Counted from the first letter of the stretch, positions 49,080 through 63,556 are shown. The stretch is DNA of 64,000 nucleotides from Schmidtea polychroa (GCA_044892525.1 CM097888.1:31062001-31126000), one strand, 5' to 3'. The notes: a model not told the origin generated them from the sequence alone. Translations and numbers: made by a program.

Positions 49080-52000
49080 TCAATTATTGCGTGAATCATG
49101 ATTGATTGAATTGATTAATAAATCTGGATCACAAGACTTTTTTTTTGAATTTGTTTTTAAATATGTTTGATTTGGTAAATTATTTGGGGTCCCATTAGGA
49201 AATAAACTTATTATTCCTGCGGTAATGGAATTGTACGATTCTTCCTTGATGATCTGATGATGATCGCCATCATTCTGATCAGAATACTGCTTAGGCAGCA
49301 CTGATGATGGCGAGCTGGAATCATTTTTTTCATACTCGTCGTCGGAATCTGTTTCAGCCAATGGCTTATACAAAGACGTGTCACGAGTCTTACAAAATAG
49401 CCTTTTACATAAATTCCCTATTGGATCTCGGGGATTTTCATCATTGCTATTTGACAGATAAGCTATACAGACGAAAGAAAATAGAATAGGAATACCTCCA
49501 AAATAAAATTTCCAATTGTAAACTTTCTAAAAATATAAGTAATTTTAAGACGGTTCGATTTCCTACGAGAAACAAGTAAATACAGTCAAGCGATAATAAT
49601 TTTATGGTGTAAATCAAGGGTCGGCAACCTTTTTCGGACGACGGGCCATTTTCAAAATAAATGTTTTAAGTGGGCCGCAATTCAAATGTATCTTAAATAG
49701 CGCTTTCATAACATAAACGAGTATAAATATTATTAAAAATAAATATAGAAAAATTATATTATTTTAAATATGCTATAATAACAATAATGTCAGGGGAAAA
49801 AAATTTGCAACTCTTAAAAAGGAAAAGAAATAAAATTTTAATAGGGAAAATGTGAAAATTGCAAATTTTTCAGCTTATTAATTTATTAAAATTCAATGTG
49901 CTTTTTTCTGTTATATATTTTCTGTTAATTCATTTAAGTTCGGTTCTGTTTAGGATACTGAGATCCTTAACAAGTGTTGTAAATTTTCATCCGACAACCT
50001 CATTCTATATTTTGATTTTATGAAATTCATTCTTGAAAATGTTTGTTCGCATAAATAGGTGCTTGAAAGATACAAATCATTGATTTTGCAAAATTTCTCA
50101 AATTGGGAAATTTGTTTTCTGGTATATTTGGATAAAATGCAATTAAATTATTTCCAGCAAAATTATTTTTATATACGTTGTTAGATTGCAAATTAATTAG
50201 GTCTAGTTGTAAATTGTCTGGTGCTTTTACAATATTAAATTTAAGAGGATTTTCAAATATTAAAATGTCAATTTTTCTTGCAAAAAAATCTTGAAACCGA
50301 TGACGAAAATTCTCCTCCAGTACCTTTAGTGACTCAATAAAAATATTCGAAGGACATTGTTTGTCTTTTATGTTTAAAAACGTTTTCAAAGTAGGAAAAT
50401 GAAAATAATTATTCTTTTCAAATTGAGTAATAAACACTGTAAATGATTGATTGCAGAAAGGTGAATATAATATTTATTTTTAATGGAAATACTCGAACTG
50501 CAGATAAAATTAATAAACTAAACAGAATTAAAAAAATCAATAAAGTTATATTATCGAAACACACAAGCTTACCAGCGTGTAAAATTTAATAATGATGGAA
50601 TAAAAACTTTTACCCCCGTTTGCAGTGAACAAACGAATCTATAATACAGGTTGGTGTGTACAACCAATTATAGATGCGTTACTATTTCTGATGAAATAGT
50701 TAATTTAAGTTTAACTATTTTAGCCATTTTATAAATGGCTTTCAAGTAATTTTTTTTATTTTAAGTAAATTTTATGTTTTGAATTTTGATCCATATAGAT
50801 ATGACGTTTCCCAGTTTTTTTTCACCGCGGCACTCTTGATTTCAAATTTTTTGACGGAACCCTATTTACAAAAATCTTAGAATTTTAATATCGGGCTAAT
50901 AGTATTACAGAAATTATAGTATTTATTAAAAAAATACAATAATACAAAAAATAAAATAAATTCATTAGATTTTTGATTAATAATATAAAAAAAATTAAAT
51001 TTATGAATGTTATTAGTGTGAACAGTGTTGTTTTTTCCTTGCAAATCCTTGTTATATCTGGTTTTATTGTTGATAATTGGATGCGCATATCTGCCGAGAA
51101 ATTCAATCTATTACGATATTTCGTTTTCGTAAAAGTTTAATAAGAAAATCCAGTTTCGCACAAATACGTAGTAGAAAATGGTAAAAGCACCCGTATTGGA
51201 CATTCAGCCAAAACTTTATGTTCCGAAATTCGATTTCCCCAAAATGTTGCCAAGTGGACAGTGTTGAAAATGTATTTTAATTGTTCGTCGGTTTTTATTT
51301 CAATCAAGTTCTCATATTCCGAGATTGATAAGCAATCAGGTTTTTCGTTGATGATAAAGGGATTTTCAACCCACATGAATTTATTATTGAATGCAGGAAA
51401 ATATTTTTGAAGCCAAAAGGCAAAAGGCAATCATTTTCCATTAAAAAATCAGAAAATGTAACAGAGAAAGCAACTCACATTGTTAGTTTTAACACAATTG
51501 ATCCAAAACTCTAATTTTTGTGAAAATGCCGATATTCTATGTTTAACGCTAAATACTGTTACACTTTTCCCTTGTAGAGAAAAGCTCACTTCATTTAGAT
51601 TTGAAAAAATATCAGTGATATATGCAAGTCACATCAGCCAGCAAAAGTTTGTCAATACAGCAAACCGTTCATGTTTTTATTCTGATAAAAACATAGCAAG
51701 CTCTTGCCGTAGTTCAAAAACTAAGGATAAAACTTTGACTCGCGACAACCACCTTATTTCTGCATGTAAAAGAAGAGCGGTGTGTTGACTTCCCATGTCT
51801 TCACAAATAATTTTGAAGAGCCTCGACTGCAGTGGTCGCGCTTTAATAAAATCAACAATTTGAAAAGCTTTATTCAAAACAGTTTTCATGTCAATAGAAA
51901 TTTTCTTACATACAAGAGCGTGCGTATGAAGGACACAATGACTGCTGCTACAATTTGGTACAATATTTTTAATTCTTGATATAACGCCCGCAGTTTTCCA

Positions 52001-55000
52001 ACCAATGATTTTGCACCATCACTACAAACATCAATACATTTATGTCAATTAATATCATGTTTTATCTGATATGAGATCATTATTCAAGCTCTTAAATATT
52101 ACTTTTTATCAACATTTTTTATTATAAATTATTTATAATTAAATTTCATGGTTTTTTTAGGATTTTTATGAAGTTATTTGGAATTATTTCGATATAATGT
52201 AAGTCAGATATATTTTTAACTATAAATAAATAAAGTAATTCTCATTTCTTCCAAAGATGCATAAAAATTTTTTCTTCCAGATCTTTGGGAAGTTTCTGGG
52301 AAATCTTTGTTCGTTGTTGAAGACAAAAACCATGTCTGTTCATGAATTGTGTACACCAACGTGCATATGCTAGAAAGTCGTCTGATTCTTCTGTTTTGTA
52401 CTTTTCATCCTTTGAAATTTTCAGGGCACGCAGTCTAATAAAATTTCTTGTCACAATATATCTACTTTGTCAGCATTCAGTAACAAATTCACTAAAATCT
52501 TTTTCAAGTTCGGAAAATTTAGCCACTCCAGTATGGCAAGCTTTCTATGATCTAGGCCTTTCTTCTAAACTATTTTTCCTTTTCCATTCTCTTACCTGCT
52601 TTTCATCGACAACAAATTCACGAGCTGCCGCACAATTGTTGTTAGCTATTGCAAAACAAACAACTTGAAGTTTAAAGGCAGCATCATATGATAACCACTT
52701 CTGTTTAATGGCCACAAAACGCATTTTACTAACTTCGATAAGCAAAAAAGATAAACTGATTCAAACAATTCAATTAGTCATTGACACATTACATTTATTA
52801 TCAATTAATTATTGAATCATAATTATCTTAATTAAAAGTAGGTTCGCGTAAAAGCCGACCCATTAACTTTGAAAAAAAATCAATCCAAAAATACTCGGCC
52901 TATACGCGAGTATATACGGTATGAGTTTTCGAGAAAATAAAGATGAAAACGATGCAAATGAATTTCATTTTAAATGGTTATTGTGAATACAAAAACAGTT
53001 CATTTAGGTTTATAATTTACAAATTTGGTAAAAATGGATAAATAAAATAGACAAGTTGCTAATAATATAAAACATAAAATTTAGGTTAACAGTTATTAAA
53101 ACTCACTTTAAATTATAAAAAAACTCCAAAAAAATAAGCCATACATAAATTTGTAGCCTGTATTATAGACGCTTTCCCCATTCCAAATGGCTATATTGTA
53201 TTGTTGTTTGGTTCTATTTGATTTGTTTTCTTATATTGACGATATTTTAATCATCTTCATTTTGACAAAAGATCAAATTTTGTGTTGTGTAGAATTAAAA
53301 ATTTGATTTTTTGTCAAACTGAAAATAACTAAAATATCATCATAAATATTGTGTATATCTTTTTCTACACAATCCCCCCCTCCAGTAATGCCTAGAAAAG
53401 AAAGGTAAGCAATGTCAAAAGATATATTGAATATCGATAAAAACAATGTACGCCGAGAATAAATGCACGATAAAGAGTGTTGCAGTGTCTAGGTTTTTGT
53501 AGATAGTTTAAGTAAAATAATTAATATAATTTAGCACAAATAAAAATTTGGCTCTACTTTTACAAAGTTGAAAGAAACACTGGAAATTTTATTATCCTCA
53601 AGAAATTCCTGAAAGACTTCTTATATTGAATCGCTCACAATTTACTACTTTACAATTAGTTTTGTATGAACTTTTATCTCAAATATATTTGTTGTCTAAT
53701 TTTGGATGTTTAATTATTACGTTATTTTGTTATAGCATCCATACTTTTATAATGAGATGAAAAGTCATTGGATCTAGTTACAATATGTCAGCTGATAAAA
53801 ATATAATTACGCAATTTTCAAATGATTTAAAAATATTCTAAATAAAGCAAAATACACACGTCCAATTTATAATATCGATGAAACAGGAATAAACTATAAA
53901 ATGCTCCCAAATTATAATATTAGAGTTGTAATGAAAATTGTAATGAAAACAAGGAAAGAATAACCGCTTTGAAAAAATGGAGAGATTTTGCGAGAAAAAA
54001 ATCTATATCATATTTTGGAACTAAATCTCGATCCGACTCCTCGTGATCAGCAATCATAGCAATATAACTCAAATCCCAACAAAATATCTATTTCCAAATT
54101 GTTCAAATTAGTTATATTAATAATTACACAAACGGTAGATGCCTGATGGGTTTATCTTGTTTATTTCTTTTCTCTAAATTACTCCTCGACTCGTTGACTG
54201 TCTTTATTCAATTTAACAATTTTCTCTTCGACAAACTGGCATTCCCCCGATGCTGCTAAATTATGTGGTCCGAGAAACCGAATATGATGTATCCTCTCTC
54301 GCATGTGGATGTGCCAATGAAAATAAGACATTTTGAGTCAGGTGGACAATTGCCCATTAACCTAACTCCGGACAACCCATTATTCTGATACTCAGCTGGT
54401 AGCTATTGATTAATGGGCTCACTTTAACATTATATAATTAATTAATTAATTTGCTTTTGGGCTCCTGACCCTTCTATAGATCTCTGATCAATTTGAGATT
54501 ATTTTATTCGTATTTGGAATCTCATTTGTCACCGGTTACCACCTTTCCCCCCAAAAATTTTAATTTTTCAAAATTTTTAATTAGTTTTAATCCATAGTTT
54601 GTGTAAATTATGTCTTTCTATGTTAAGTTCATATTTAAAAAAATATTAACATATTCCCATCAAAACGGGTGACATTATTTAAGGACAACCCCTTTTGTAA
54701 TATGATAAATTTTTACACTAATCGTAAGAAGTAGTAAAATGTAAAAAATTCAAATATTTTACAAGTAATTCTTACTTTTTTGATTATAAAATCTGCAACC
54801 ATACTGAGAGGTATACTGAGACCTAATGAAAGTGTAGCCGTTAAGGATGATGTTAGAAAACAACCCCTATATTGATAAAACTTCATCAAAAACAATCTAA
54901 TTCAAGCTACTAACCATAGCCATAGCAATTCAGCACCCAATGTACCCAAAATTCCATTGAGTAATAAAGATCCCAACTGAATTTTATTTGGCCATTCAAA

Positions 55001-58000
55001 AATTTCGTATTTGGTCAGATTCAAAATAAATAACCCGGGCCATAGACACAGAATAGTCCATATACCAACGAAACCAAAAAACATGGGCAAACTCATTTGA
55101 TTTTCATTTTTAACTTTTCGACGCAAATTTACTAAATAAACTGCATAGCCCAGTGCACTTATTAGGCTCCAAATAATTCCTTCATATTTAAATTGTTGTT
55201 GATCGGTAATATCAGCAAAACTCAGTAAACAGACTCCGGACATACTATAATAACATTCTTTAANNNNNNNNNNNNNNNNNNNNNNNNNNNNNNNNNNNNN
55301 NNNNNNNNNNNNNNNNNNNNNNNNNNNNNNNNNNNNNNNNNNNNNNNNNNNNNNNNNNNNNNNNNNNNNNNNNNNNNNNNNNNNNNNNNNNNNNNNNNNN
55401 NNNNNNNNNNNNNNNNNNNNNNNNNNNNNNNNNNNNNNNNNNNNNNNNNNNNNNNNNNNNNNNNNNNNNNNNNNNNNNNNNNNNNNNNNNNNNNNNNNNN
55501 NNNNNNNNNNNNNNNNTGGTAGTAGCATTAATTAAATGTTAAACAATTAAATGAAATATATATTCAATAGTACATATCGAATATATTGCAATGTAATTCA
55601 ATAAAATGAAAAAATTTCACTGTGTAATATTGTTAACTTCAACTATTTTGCGACTGATGTTACATGTAAAAATTATACAATTTTTCAGTATTAAATATGA
55701 AAACAGCGTAGACGTGAACACAGAGCTAAATCACTTTGCGTGAAAAATTAAATCCAATTGTAAAATGACCCGATCACGTTGCATTCCGGTAAACTCATCT
55801 ATAAGGATGCTTTGTCATTTCGGCCAGTGTCTTTGGAGAAAAACTCAAGAACTTCATTTACCCGAGGGTGCTGTGCGGCAGCTTTGGATGATTTGGTCGA
55901 TAACTGTCTTCCAGAACTGACCACCATCACAGATTATTGAGAAGACACTTACGACGAAAGACAAAGAAGATGTCGAGCAAATACAGGATTTGTGCTTGAT
56001 CTTTGTAATTGGGGATTTTACAGGTAGTCGACTATCAACATTGGGCCATCTACAAGCTGGTCAATAACCTTCGAAAGGAACAGGATAACGTGGAGTTGTT
56101 GATGCCTACCAGCTTTACTCCCAACTTATGGAACAATATCGTTAATTGATTATTTACGCAAATAACGTCTCAATGTAGACAGACTTTTCAACACTAAACG
56201 CCGCTTTTAGTTGACTACTTTTTACTTAATTTGTTCTTAGCATTTTCCTAATCTATGTTTATTTGTACGCGCTTTTGTCGAGGTGCCAGTTTTTCCAAGG
56301 ATTAATTTCAAATCTGTTACATGATGATAAATATTAAAAAAGTTTTAAATAAATTAAATTTTTTGTTTTGAATTTTTCCGCCTAAGATTCTTTGTAATAG
56401 TAACAAATTTTAGGAAATTAATTAGCCTTATATCTTAATCGCTTTATTTTTATTATTTTTAGGCAACACTAAAACAGTCTTATAACAGATATATTTATAT
56501 AGCCTTCAATCCATTCTCAAAGTTTGGCATTTCCAGTTTCCTAAAAATGTAGACAAACTGAAATTTACTAATTATTGGAATAACAAAAAGTTGCACGAAT
56601 GTAAAATAAACAATTAAAGCATTGCTGGTCAAAAATTAAAAAAAACATCACACTTCTTTTCATTTTATGTTTCATCCATCTGAAACCCAAAGTTCCTCCA
56701 CTAATAATATGAATCTAATTCAATGTTGAAGACCTTTTATGAAAAACAAATATGTTGTTTTCATTAATTAATAATAACATTTGTTTCAATAAATTATTTC
56801 AGATACCAATTCTCTATAACAATATCAATCATTATCTATTTAATCACAATTATGTATTTTTATCACAATATCAAAAATCATATAAATATTGTAAACGTGC
56901 TAAAACTCATGATCACATGATTCCACTGATCTTTATGTTGAGAATATCAAATATTAGGTGTTTACACTATTCACCCCCTCTATGCTATATACAAGATTTA
57001 TTTACAAACATATCCCGAACTGAATCTATGATTCTTCATCGCCAGGATATTGAAAATGTATGATATAATCAATATTATGCACTATTAACTATATAAAATA
57101 GCTGTATAAAGACTATAGAGTCAGAGACAAAAGTTAAAATCAAGTTTTTTTTAAAAAAAAAAAATTATGAAAAAATGTGAATTACTCAAGTTCATTATAA
57201 TTAATTTTATTCATTCGGTTATTACAAATCTATTTTGATACTTGGTCATATTGGTCAAATTTTTATTCTCTTGTTGATTATCGGCGACGATGAACAATTT
57301 TGAGAGACTCAAATGTCCAATATAAAACCTGTGACTTTGAGTGGAAAAAAATTGAAAGTAGAAAATAGCAAGAACGACTTAGAAAAAGTATCCAGAATGA
57401 CATGTCACGTTGCTATTGTTCACTTGACAGATTCACTATTGTTCACTTTTAGATATTGTTGGGCATAAACTTATTTTAAACCCACGCAGATGTAACGTGA
57501 CAGGAATGAGTCGGAAAATAGCATGAGGAAATCTCACCAAGTGCAGGTAAACTAAAAACACGGCAAAACATCAATTAAATACAATAAAAAAAATCCACAT
57601 AACATCAAAATGATAAATACAAAACTTAAGAAAAATGAAACAAAAAGAAGGAGTATTACACGAAACGAACTCAAACCTAGCATAGACACACTTAACAGAA
57701 AAAAACAAATTTGAAATAATAGCGATAAAAGAAGGTAGGAATGAAAATAGAAAAGATTAGGGTTATCCTGGAGATATGAGCCCTGACTTTGGGACAATCA
57801 AGCTCTCAACCGGCACCTGATAGAGTAGGTGCTCAACGACTCCATACCTCGGTCGAGGGCTCCAATAAACCCGGGAAAGTCGAACATGCCAGGTGGCGAG
57901 CACACAAGAATGGCCGAATCAGAAGGCACTCCAGTCGTGCTTTGATTACTACAGACGGACTGAATATCGTATCCGGCAGTCAATCCAACATTATGTGTAT

Positions 58001-59918
58001 GTTATCAATAAAAATGTGTATTTCATGTTGTGTTTGTTGTTCATTTGCGTGAGTGGAAGATTTCCGCGATGTAATCATCAAACCACATTTTAGTATAAAA
58101 AATAATACATCTCTCTGAATTTCATGGGTTTTCGAAATAATAGAGCATATGATAAGAGGACCTAAGTGAAGTCGAACATAAGCCTTCTTCGGCAGTCCAC
58201 GAACCCACTCGAATACTCGATTATAGTTTGCAGCGACACAAGTATTCACCCATGCGAAACATCACCAAAACTGATTTTTCATCGGGTCTCGGATGGTAGA
58301 GTAAATCATTGTATCTTGGGTTGCGTCGGAAACGACACGAAGGAGGAAAATATAGATTACCTGTGACCCACCAATATAGCGACATAAATAATACCATAAA
58401 ATAGTGCTGATTATACTCGATACAAATCTGAGATATATTTATCTTTTAAAATAAAATTTTACTCAGTAAAATTGTTAAATATTTATATAATTTTCAAAAA
58501 AATTCCCTAAAAAGTCTCTTCGAGTAAAGCAAAATACATATTTATTTCCATTTGTTTTTTAGTATATATCGATTAATATTTTGTTTGTTATTTAACACAA
58601 ATTATTGATCGATAGAGTAAAAAGAAATAAAGATAAAGATAATTGATAAACGACAAGTGTCTGTCAGCCAGCCACAGCATAGTATTAAAAGTTCATTAGA
58701 CAAAGGAGTATGCACAGTAGAAAGAGTTATAAAAGACTGTGAAAAAATGCCAGTTCCAAATTTTACTGATGATAAATTAGGTGATCCCCGGAGAATAGTC
58801 CAGATTGATGAAACTTTGTTAAACTACAAATGTAAAAGTCATCCGGGACGATGAACACAGATCCTATAAAGGTTTAAGCATAAGTATGTATTTGTAAACT
58901 CTGAAACAGGAGTAAACACCCAAGCGATTGAGTCTTTCACAACGAACTTAAGCTTGAAATAAAGCGAAGAAAAGGATTTAAAACAGAAAAAGAAGTAACT
59001 GTTTGAAGGAATTTTGTTTTTACTTTAATAACCGATCACGATTCTTTGAGGCTGTCGTGGATTTGATTAAAATAAATTGATGGATTTTAAGTTTCATATT
59101 TTTAATATAATTTTTAGATTTTTCTTGAAATTTTTTATAATGTTAATAATAACAACCATCAAATTTTCCCCCTGGGGGAAAATTTGATGGATGATCCGTA
59201 ATTTCCAGTAACAAATCGCAATCTGTATTAATTCCAAAGTGCTTCTCGTCTGAAAATTTAAAAACTACAAATACACAAATGTTTGTTTGTAATTTTTTGA
59301 AATTGAAAAATTTTATCGATAAAAATATTCTTTATAAAAAATTTATGAAAAATTATAATTAACCTGATTATAACAATGCATAGTTTTGTTAAATTGAATT
59401 TATCTTGCGCTGTGCTGGGAAAGATCGCTGTTAAAATCAAAGTAAACAATGATGATGTGCAACTGACAATGTTGACTACTGCAGGTGAATCTTTTGATAA
59501 CCCCACCTGTAAATCAAATAATGAAATCGTACTAATTTATTATTTTATTATTATTATTATTTATGGAATTAGTATATATTTTAACCTGATAAGTATAGTT
59601 CGCAATAAACCAGAAAAAACAAAATTGTAAAGCAATTTTAATCACATTAGTAGCCGGCAAATATCCTTGTTCAATTATTTTACGAATCATTAAACGCTTC
59701 TTTAAAGCTCTTGAAGCATTATAAGACATTCTAGCTGCCAATGATTCTTCTGCATAAGCATCTATGAAAATGTAATCGACATTTACATTATATTTTCTCA
59801 ATACCTGATAAATGACGAACTTCAGAATATTTAGAAAACTTGACACTTCTCTTAGAAATTTCATTACTCGCGTCATAATCAATTATTTCATTGTTATCAA
59901 CCATGACATAATCGTCAT
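49080..59918 (-). CDS. SLC35F5: Solute carrier family 35 member F5-like transporter, 5'-incomplete
   Basis: Exons 59918-59805, 59761-59586, 59506-59364, 55244-54915, 54866-54776 and 49526-49080 join in frame: VKFSKYSEVRHL..LAARMSY..FCFFWFIANYTYQ..SSLFTLILTAIFP..PMFFGFVG..LWLWGCFLTSSL..YFGGIPILFSF. The start is not found and lies in or beyond the 59945 gap. Confidence 0.93.
49615..50437 (-). mobile_element. hAT (GTF2IRD2-type) 3' fragment in an SLC35F5 intron
   Basis: TIR CAAGGGTCGGCAACC; FRHRFQDF..LQLDLINLQS..FPNLRNFA. Confidence 0.75.
50803..52070 (-). mobile_element. hAT Buster/ZBED5-8-type transposase remnant
   Basis: FIKARPLQSRLF..LLHAEIRWLSR; LLPFSTTYLCETGFS; DMRIQLSTIKPDI. Confidence 0.85.
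52240..52920 (-). mobile_element. pogo-type transposon, 5' part
   Basis: End TACCGTATATACTCGCGTATAGGCCG; SYDAAFKLQVV..NCAAAREF..DEKQVREW; WCTQFMNRHGF..RTKISQKLPKD. Confidence 0.85.
53780..53970 (+). mobile_element. Tigger/CENP-B-like DDE fragment
   Basis: SADK..IYNIDETGINYKMLP..NKERIT. Confidence 0.65.
55760..56200 (+). mobile_element. MULE transposase C-terminal remnant
   Basis: PELTTITDY*EDTY and IYKLVNNLRKEQDNVE resemble MULE C-terminal motifs. Confidence 0.55.
57457..58373 (+). mobile_element. Giant-LTR family copy 4, short solo LTR (917 bp)
   Basis: TGTTGGGC...CCCACCA; 4-bp TSD ATAT (57453-57456, 58374-58377); AATAAA 58007; U5 structure. Confidence 0.85.
58182..58373 (+). ncRNA. Conserved structured RNA at LTR 3' end, copy 4
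   Basis: GAATACT/AGTATTC; ACCAA bulge; GGGTTGC-GTCG-GAAA-CGAC..GTGACCC, compensatory relative to copies 2 and 3. Confidence 0.75.
58657..59197 (+). mobile_element. Merlin (IS1595/ISXO2-like) transposon, internally deleted
   Basis: KLGDPRRIVQIDET..KSHPGR; FVNSETGVNTQAIES; right end AAATTTGATGGATGATCC. Confidence 0.75.
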
Positions 59919-61346
59919 CTAAAAATTATTCAATCTATCAATTTNNNNNNNNNNNNNNNNNNNNNNNNNNNNNNNNNNNNNNNNNNNNNNNNNNNNNNNN
60001 NNNNNNNNNNNNNNNNNNNNNNNNNNNNNNNNNNNNNNNNNNNNNNNNNNNNNNNNNNNNNNNNNNNNNNNNGACTACTAATCTCTGCACTTGACTTAAA
60101 TCCTAGACTAAGGAAGGTTACGTTAAATAAAATTTTAATTGACTTACGATGTTTTAATTGTAATTTATAATTTATATTTCCAAGACTAGTGATACACAGC
60201 AGGTGACACGTTTATACATACTATTATACATAATGCTACAAAGGTATACAATTAATGGGTGAGATAGTTTTATCTTATCTTCCATTTTAAGGAAAAAATA
60301 GGAAAAGTGTCTATTTATGACAGCCAAATCATCAACTTCAAAGATAAAATTGCCGATCATTTTATTAAAAATTTTGAAAAATGTGTAATAAGTAAATGTA
60401 AGACCTCAAATGAATTAATAAATGTTTTATAGGAGTATTCTGAAATGGTAGTCATTAAAAATATTATTAATTGATGCAATGGACTATTTGGACTATTATT
60501 AAAATGAACTACATATCAATGGATTTAACGTATCGTAATTAAAGGAGAAGGCCCAAATAGGAATTTTCTCAATACATTAACCACCAGACGTACTTAAACG
60601 CAACCAACATTAAAAAATATGTTACTTGCATCTAATTATCTTAGCTTTGAATGAATTTTTAAGATAGTTTATTTAATTTTAATTTTAACATCTATAAAAA
60701 AATGATAAAATGTCTCAAAGTTTGTCAAAGAAACTACCTTGATGAATTCACACAACCAACTATATTGAAAGAAAGACAATAAAGATTACTTCAATTTCTC
60801 TTTCCCAATGATTCAACATACAATTCTTCATCCATTTTTTTTAAAGTTGTTAACATGATGACTTTTAGTTATGTCACTCTAAGGAACAATAAAATTTTCT
60901 TGAATTTCTTTATCAAGTTGGTTTATCAATTTAATTTATATCACGAAGATGCTATCAAATTATGACCACAACTAAGAGTTATATAATATTGTTTGGACAA
61001 AGATCCCTGGCGTTCCAAATTATACTAATATCCTGTGAATGTCATAAAAAGAAATGGTGTCTTTCTTACTACATACGAAGTCTCTTTTTTTGTTCTAAAA
61101 TGTATTGTTTAATAAGCTAAGTTTCCTAAAAATATTTAAGCTATTTTATATTATCTCTATCAGACATGAGAGAAACACCCGTATCAAAGAGTATAATGGA
61201 ACTTCACAACAAGGATGCATAAATCTTGAATAAGTTATACCAATTATAAGCTACGGTGCTTTTCGTAGTATTTCAATACATAATTAAAAGTTAAATTATA
61301 ATTAAATTTTATTAATTCAAATAATTTTCTTCTCGATGATTTTCTT

Positions 61347-63556
61347 CTCATTGCTGGCCGCCTACGTAGTAATACCTTATTTTTATTCAAAATCCAGCAG
61401 CCGCTGACGTATTAATACGTTTTTTGTTATACCAGTTTGTTTAATTGTCAGTCAGCCTGTCGTTTTATTTTAAGTAGTTTATTTTGCACTAATTAAAAAA
61501 ATATAAATTAATTAATTATTTAAGCTGCTTTATAATGGACAACGAGGATTTTGAGTGTAATAATATGTGTAATGACACTAATGAGTTATATGCTGATATA
61601 TTGTCTGGGGATGAAAATAATACAGATGAAAGCGACGATAAGGACTTTCCAATTAACATTAAAAGAAAAGTTTTACCTATTGTAAGTAATTCTGAGACTA
61701 GCAATTACGATGATATAAAATTTGAGAATGAAGAAAATAATTCAACCAAGTACTGGTCCGAAAATGATGGTGATATTAATATAAATTTATTTTTGGGAAA
61801 TGATTAGTTAAAGTGTTTCCAAGAAATTCAGAAAATATATCAGATGTAAGAGATTTATTTATTGACGATGATTTTTTAAAATTATTAACAAATGAAACAA
61901 ACAGATATCATATGCAAAATATTCACAAATATAAATTTGTGAAAAAGGTTAAACAATGGAAAGATACTACAATATCTGAAATGAAAAAATTCCTTGGTTT
62001 GAACATTTTAATGGGACAAGTAAGGAAAAACAGTATAAACGATTATTGGTCTACTGATCTACAGATTGAAACACCAATTTCTGGTAAAGTCATGCCTCGA
62101 AATCGGTTCAGGCAAATATTACAATCGTTACATTTTTGTAATAATGATGAAATGCCTGAAAACGCAGATCGACTTTTTAAAATTGAACCAGTAGTAGAAT
62201 ATTTTTTAAATAAATTTTATACAGTTTATAAACCAAAACAAAATCTTTCTTTGGATGAGGCAACCATACCCTACAGAGGCCGGATAATTTTCCGTGTTTA
62301 CAACCCAGGAAAGATTAATAAATATGGCATGCTTGTCAGAATGCTTTGCGAATCTAAAAGTGGATACATAACTAGCTTTAAATTCTATAGCGGTAGTGGA
62401 CAAAAGTTGCAAAATCTCAAAAACATTCTCTTAGATAAATATGAAAATATTTGACACCATGTTTACATGGATAACTATTACAATAGTGTTGAATTAGCGG
62501 AGCAGTTACTCTTCAAGAAGATAAGAATTTGTGGTACAATAAGAGAAAATCGCGGGTTACCTCAAGATATAAGAAAAATTAAGTTAAGAAGAGGTCAGCA
62601 TGTTTTCCGTAGAAAAAATGATATTTTAATTCATGTATGGAAAGATAAAATATATATCAGAATGATTTCGACAATACACCAGGCAAGACTAGTAGAAACC
62701 GGTAAAATAAATCGAAAAACTGGTGAAATGATAAGAAAGCCAGAAAGTATTATAGATTACAATATCCATATGAGTGGTGTTGATTTGGCTGATCAATACC
62801 TGTCTTATAATCCGATTATAAGAAAAAGTATCAAATGGACAAAAAAGGCTTTCATGTTTATGTTGAATTGTGCATTATTTAATTCATTTGTGGTATATAA
62901 GAAACTGAATCCAGCTAAAAAAATCAAGTTTACCTCATATTTACTACAAATTGCTAAAGATTGGATCGAAAATCAAGATAGTGTTTGTTCACAAATTTCT
63001 TAGGGTCCATCAAAAAGAGCCTCTTGTAAAGATCCACGAAATATACTTTCAGGAGATATAAAAATCCATAGTCTTGTGAAACTTCGTAGTTCTGGGGAGA
63101 AAAGGTTTCCTCAGAAACGTTGCAAAGTATGCAAAAACAATGGCAAAAAGAAAGAAACCTGGCTTCATGTGCGGACATTGTGAGATTCCTTTATGCGTTG
63201 AAAATGTTTTGAGGACTACCATATTAAAAGAAATTACTAGAAATTCAATTTTCAAATTTGGTATTTTTTTTGTTCGAACAACTTTACTAATTATTTGGTT
63301 TATTCGTTTATTATAGTTTTATTACAATAAAGTTGTTAATTATTTCTTTACCTCATATTATTTTGTTTATAGCTTTATCATTTTTGGAAATTTAAAAAAT
63401 TAATGCTATTAATTTAAGCCCTAGATGTGATAAAAAAAACTATAGAGGCTCTTCCCTCTACATTGCGCCGTACATTAGCGGTATTCAACGATCACTATGT
63501 AAACAAGGCGCGGCTTAACACCGGTTGGAGTAAAATTATTAGCGGCCAGTAATGAG
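61347..63556 (+). mobile_element. Near-full-length piggyBac (PGBD4-like); transposase pseudogene 61535-63240
   Basis: 15-bp TIR CTCATT(G/A)CTGGCCGC; TTAA on the right; catalytic SLDEATI, YMDNYY, GVDLADQ; C-terminal CKVC..CGHC..LC. Nonsense codons at 62452 and 63001 plus frameshifts. Confidence 0.95.

Noticed and set aside
48839-49099. Hydrophobic 86-aa ORF
   Set aside because: It overlaps the SLC35F5 stop and 3' UTR in T-rich sequence and has no recognisable motifs.
58657-59197. Bacterial IS1595 contamination or horizontal transfer
   Set aside because: The motifs fit the eukaryotic Merlin superfamily, and the element lies in a spliceosomal intron.
60073-61300. 5' exons of SLC35F5 (e.g. ORF 60172-60360)
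   Set aside because: I found no in-frame exon with the expected N-terminal SLC35F motifs, so it is left unannotated.
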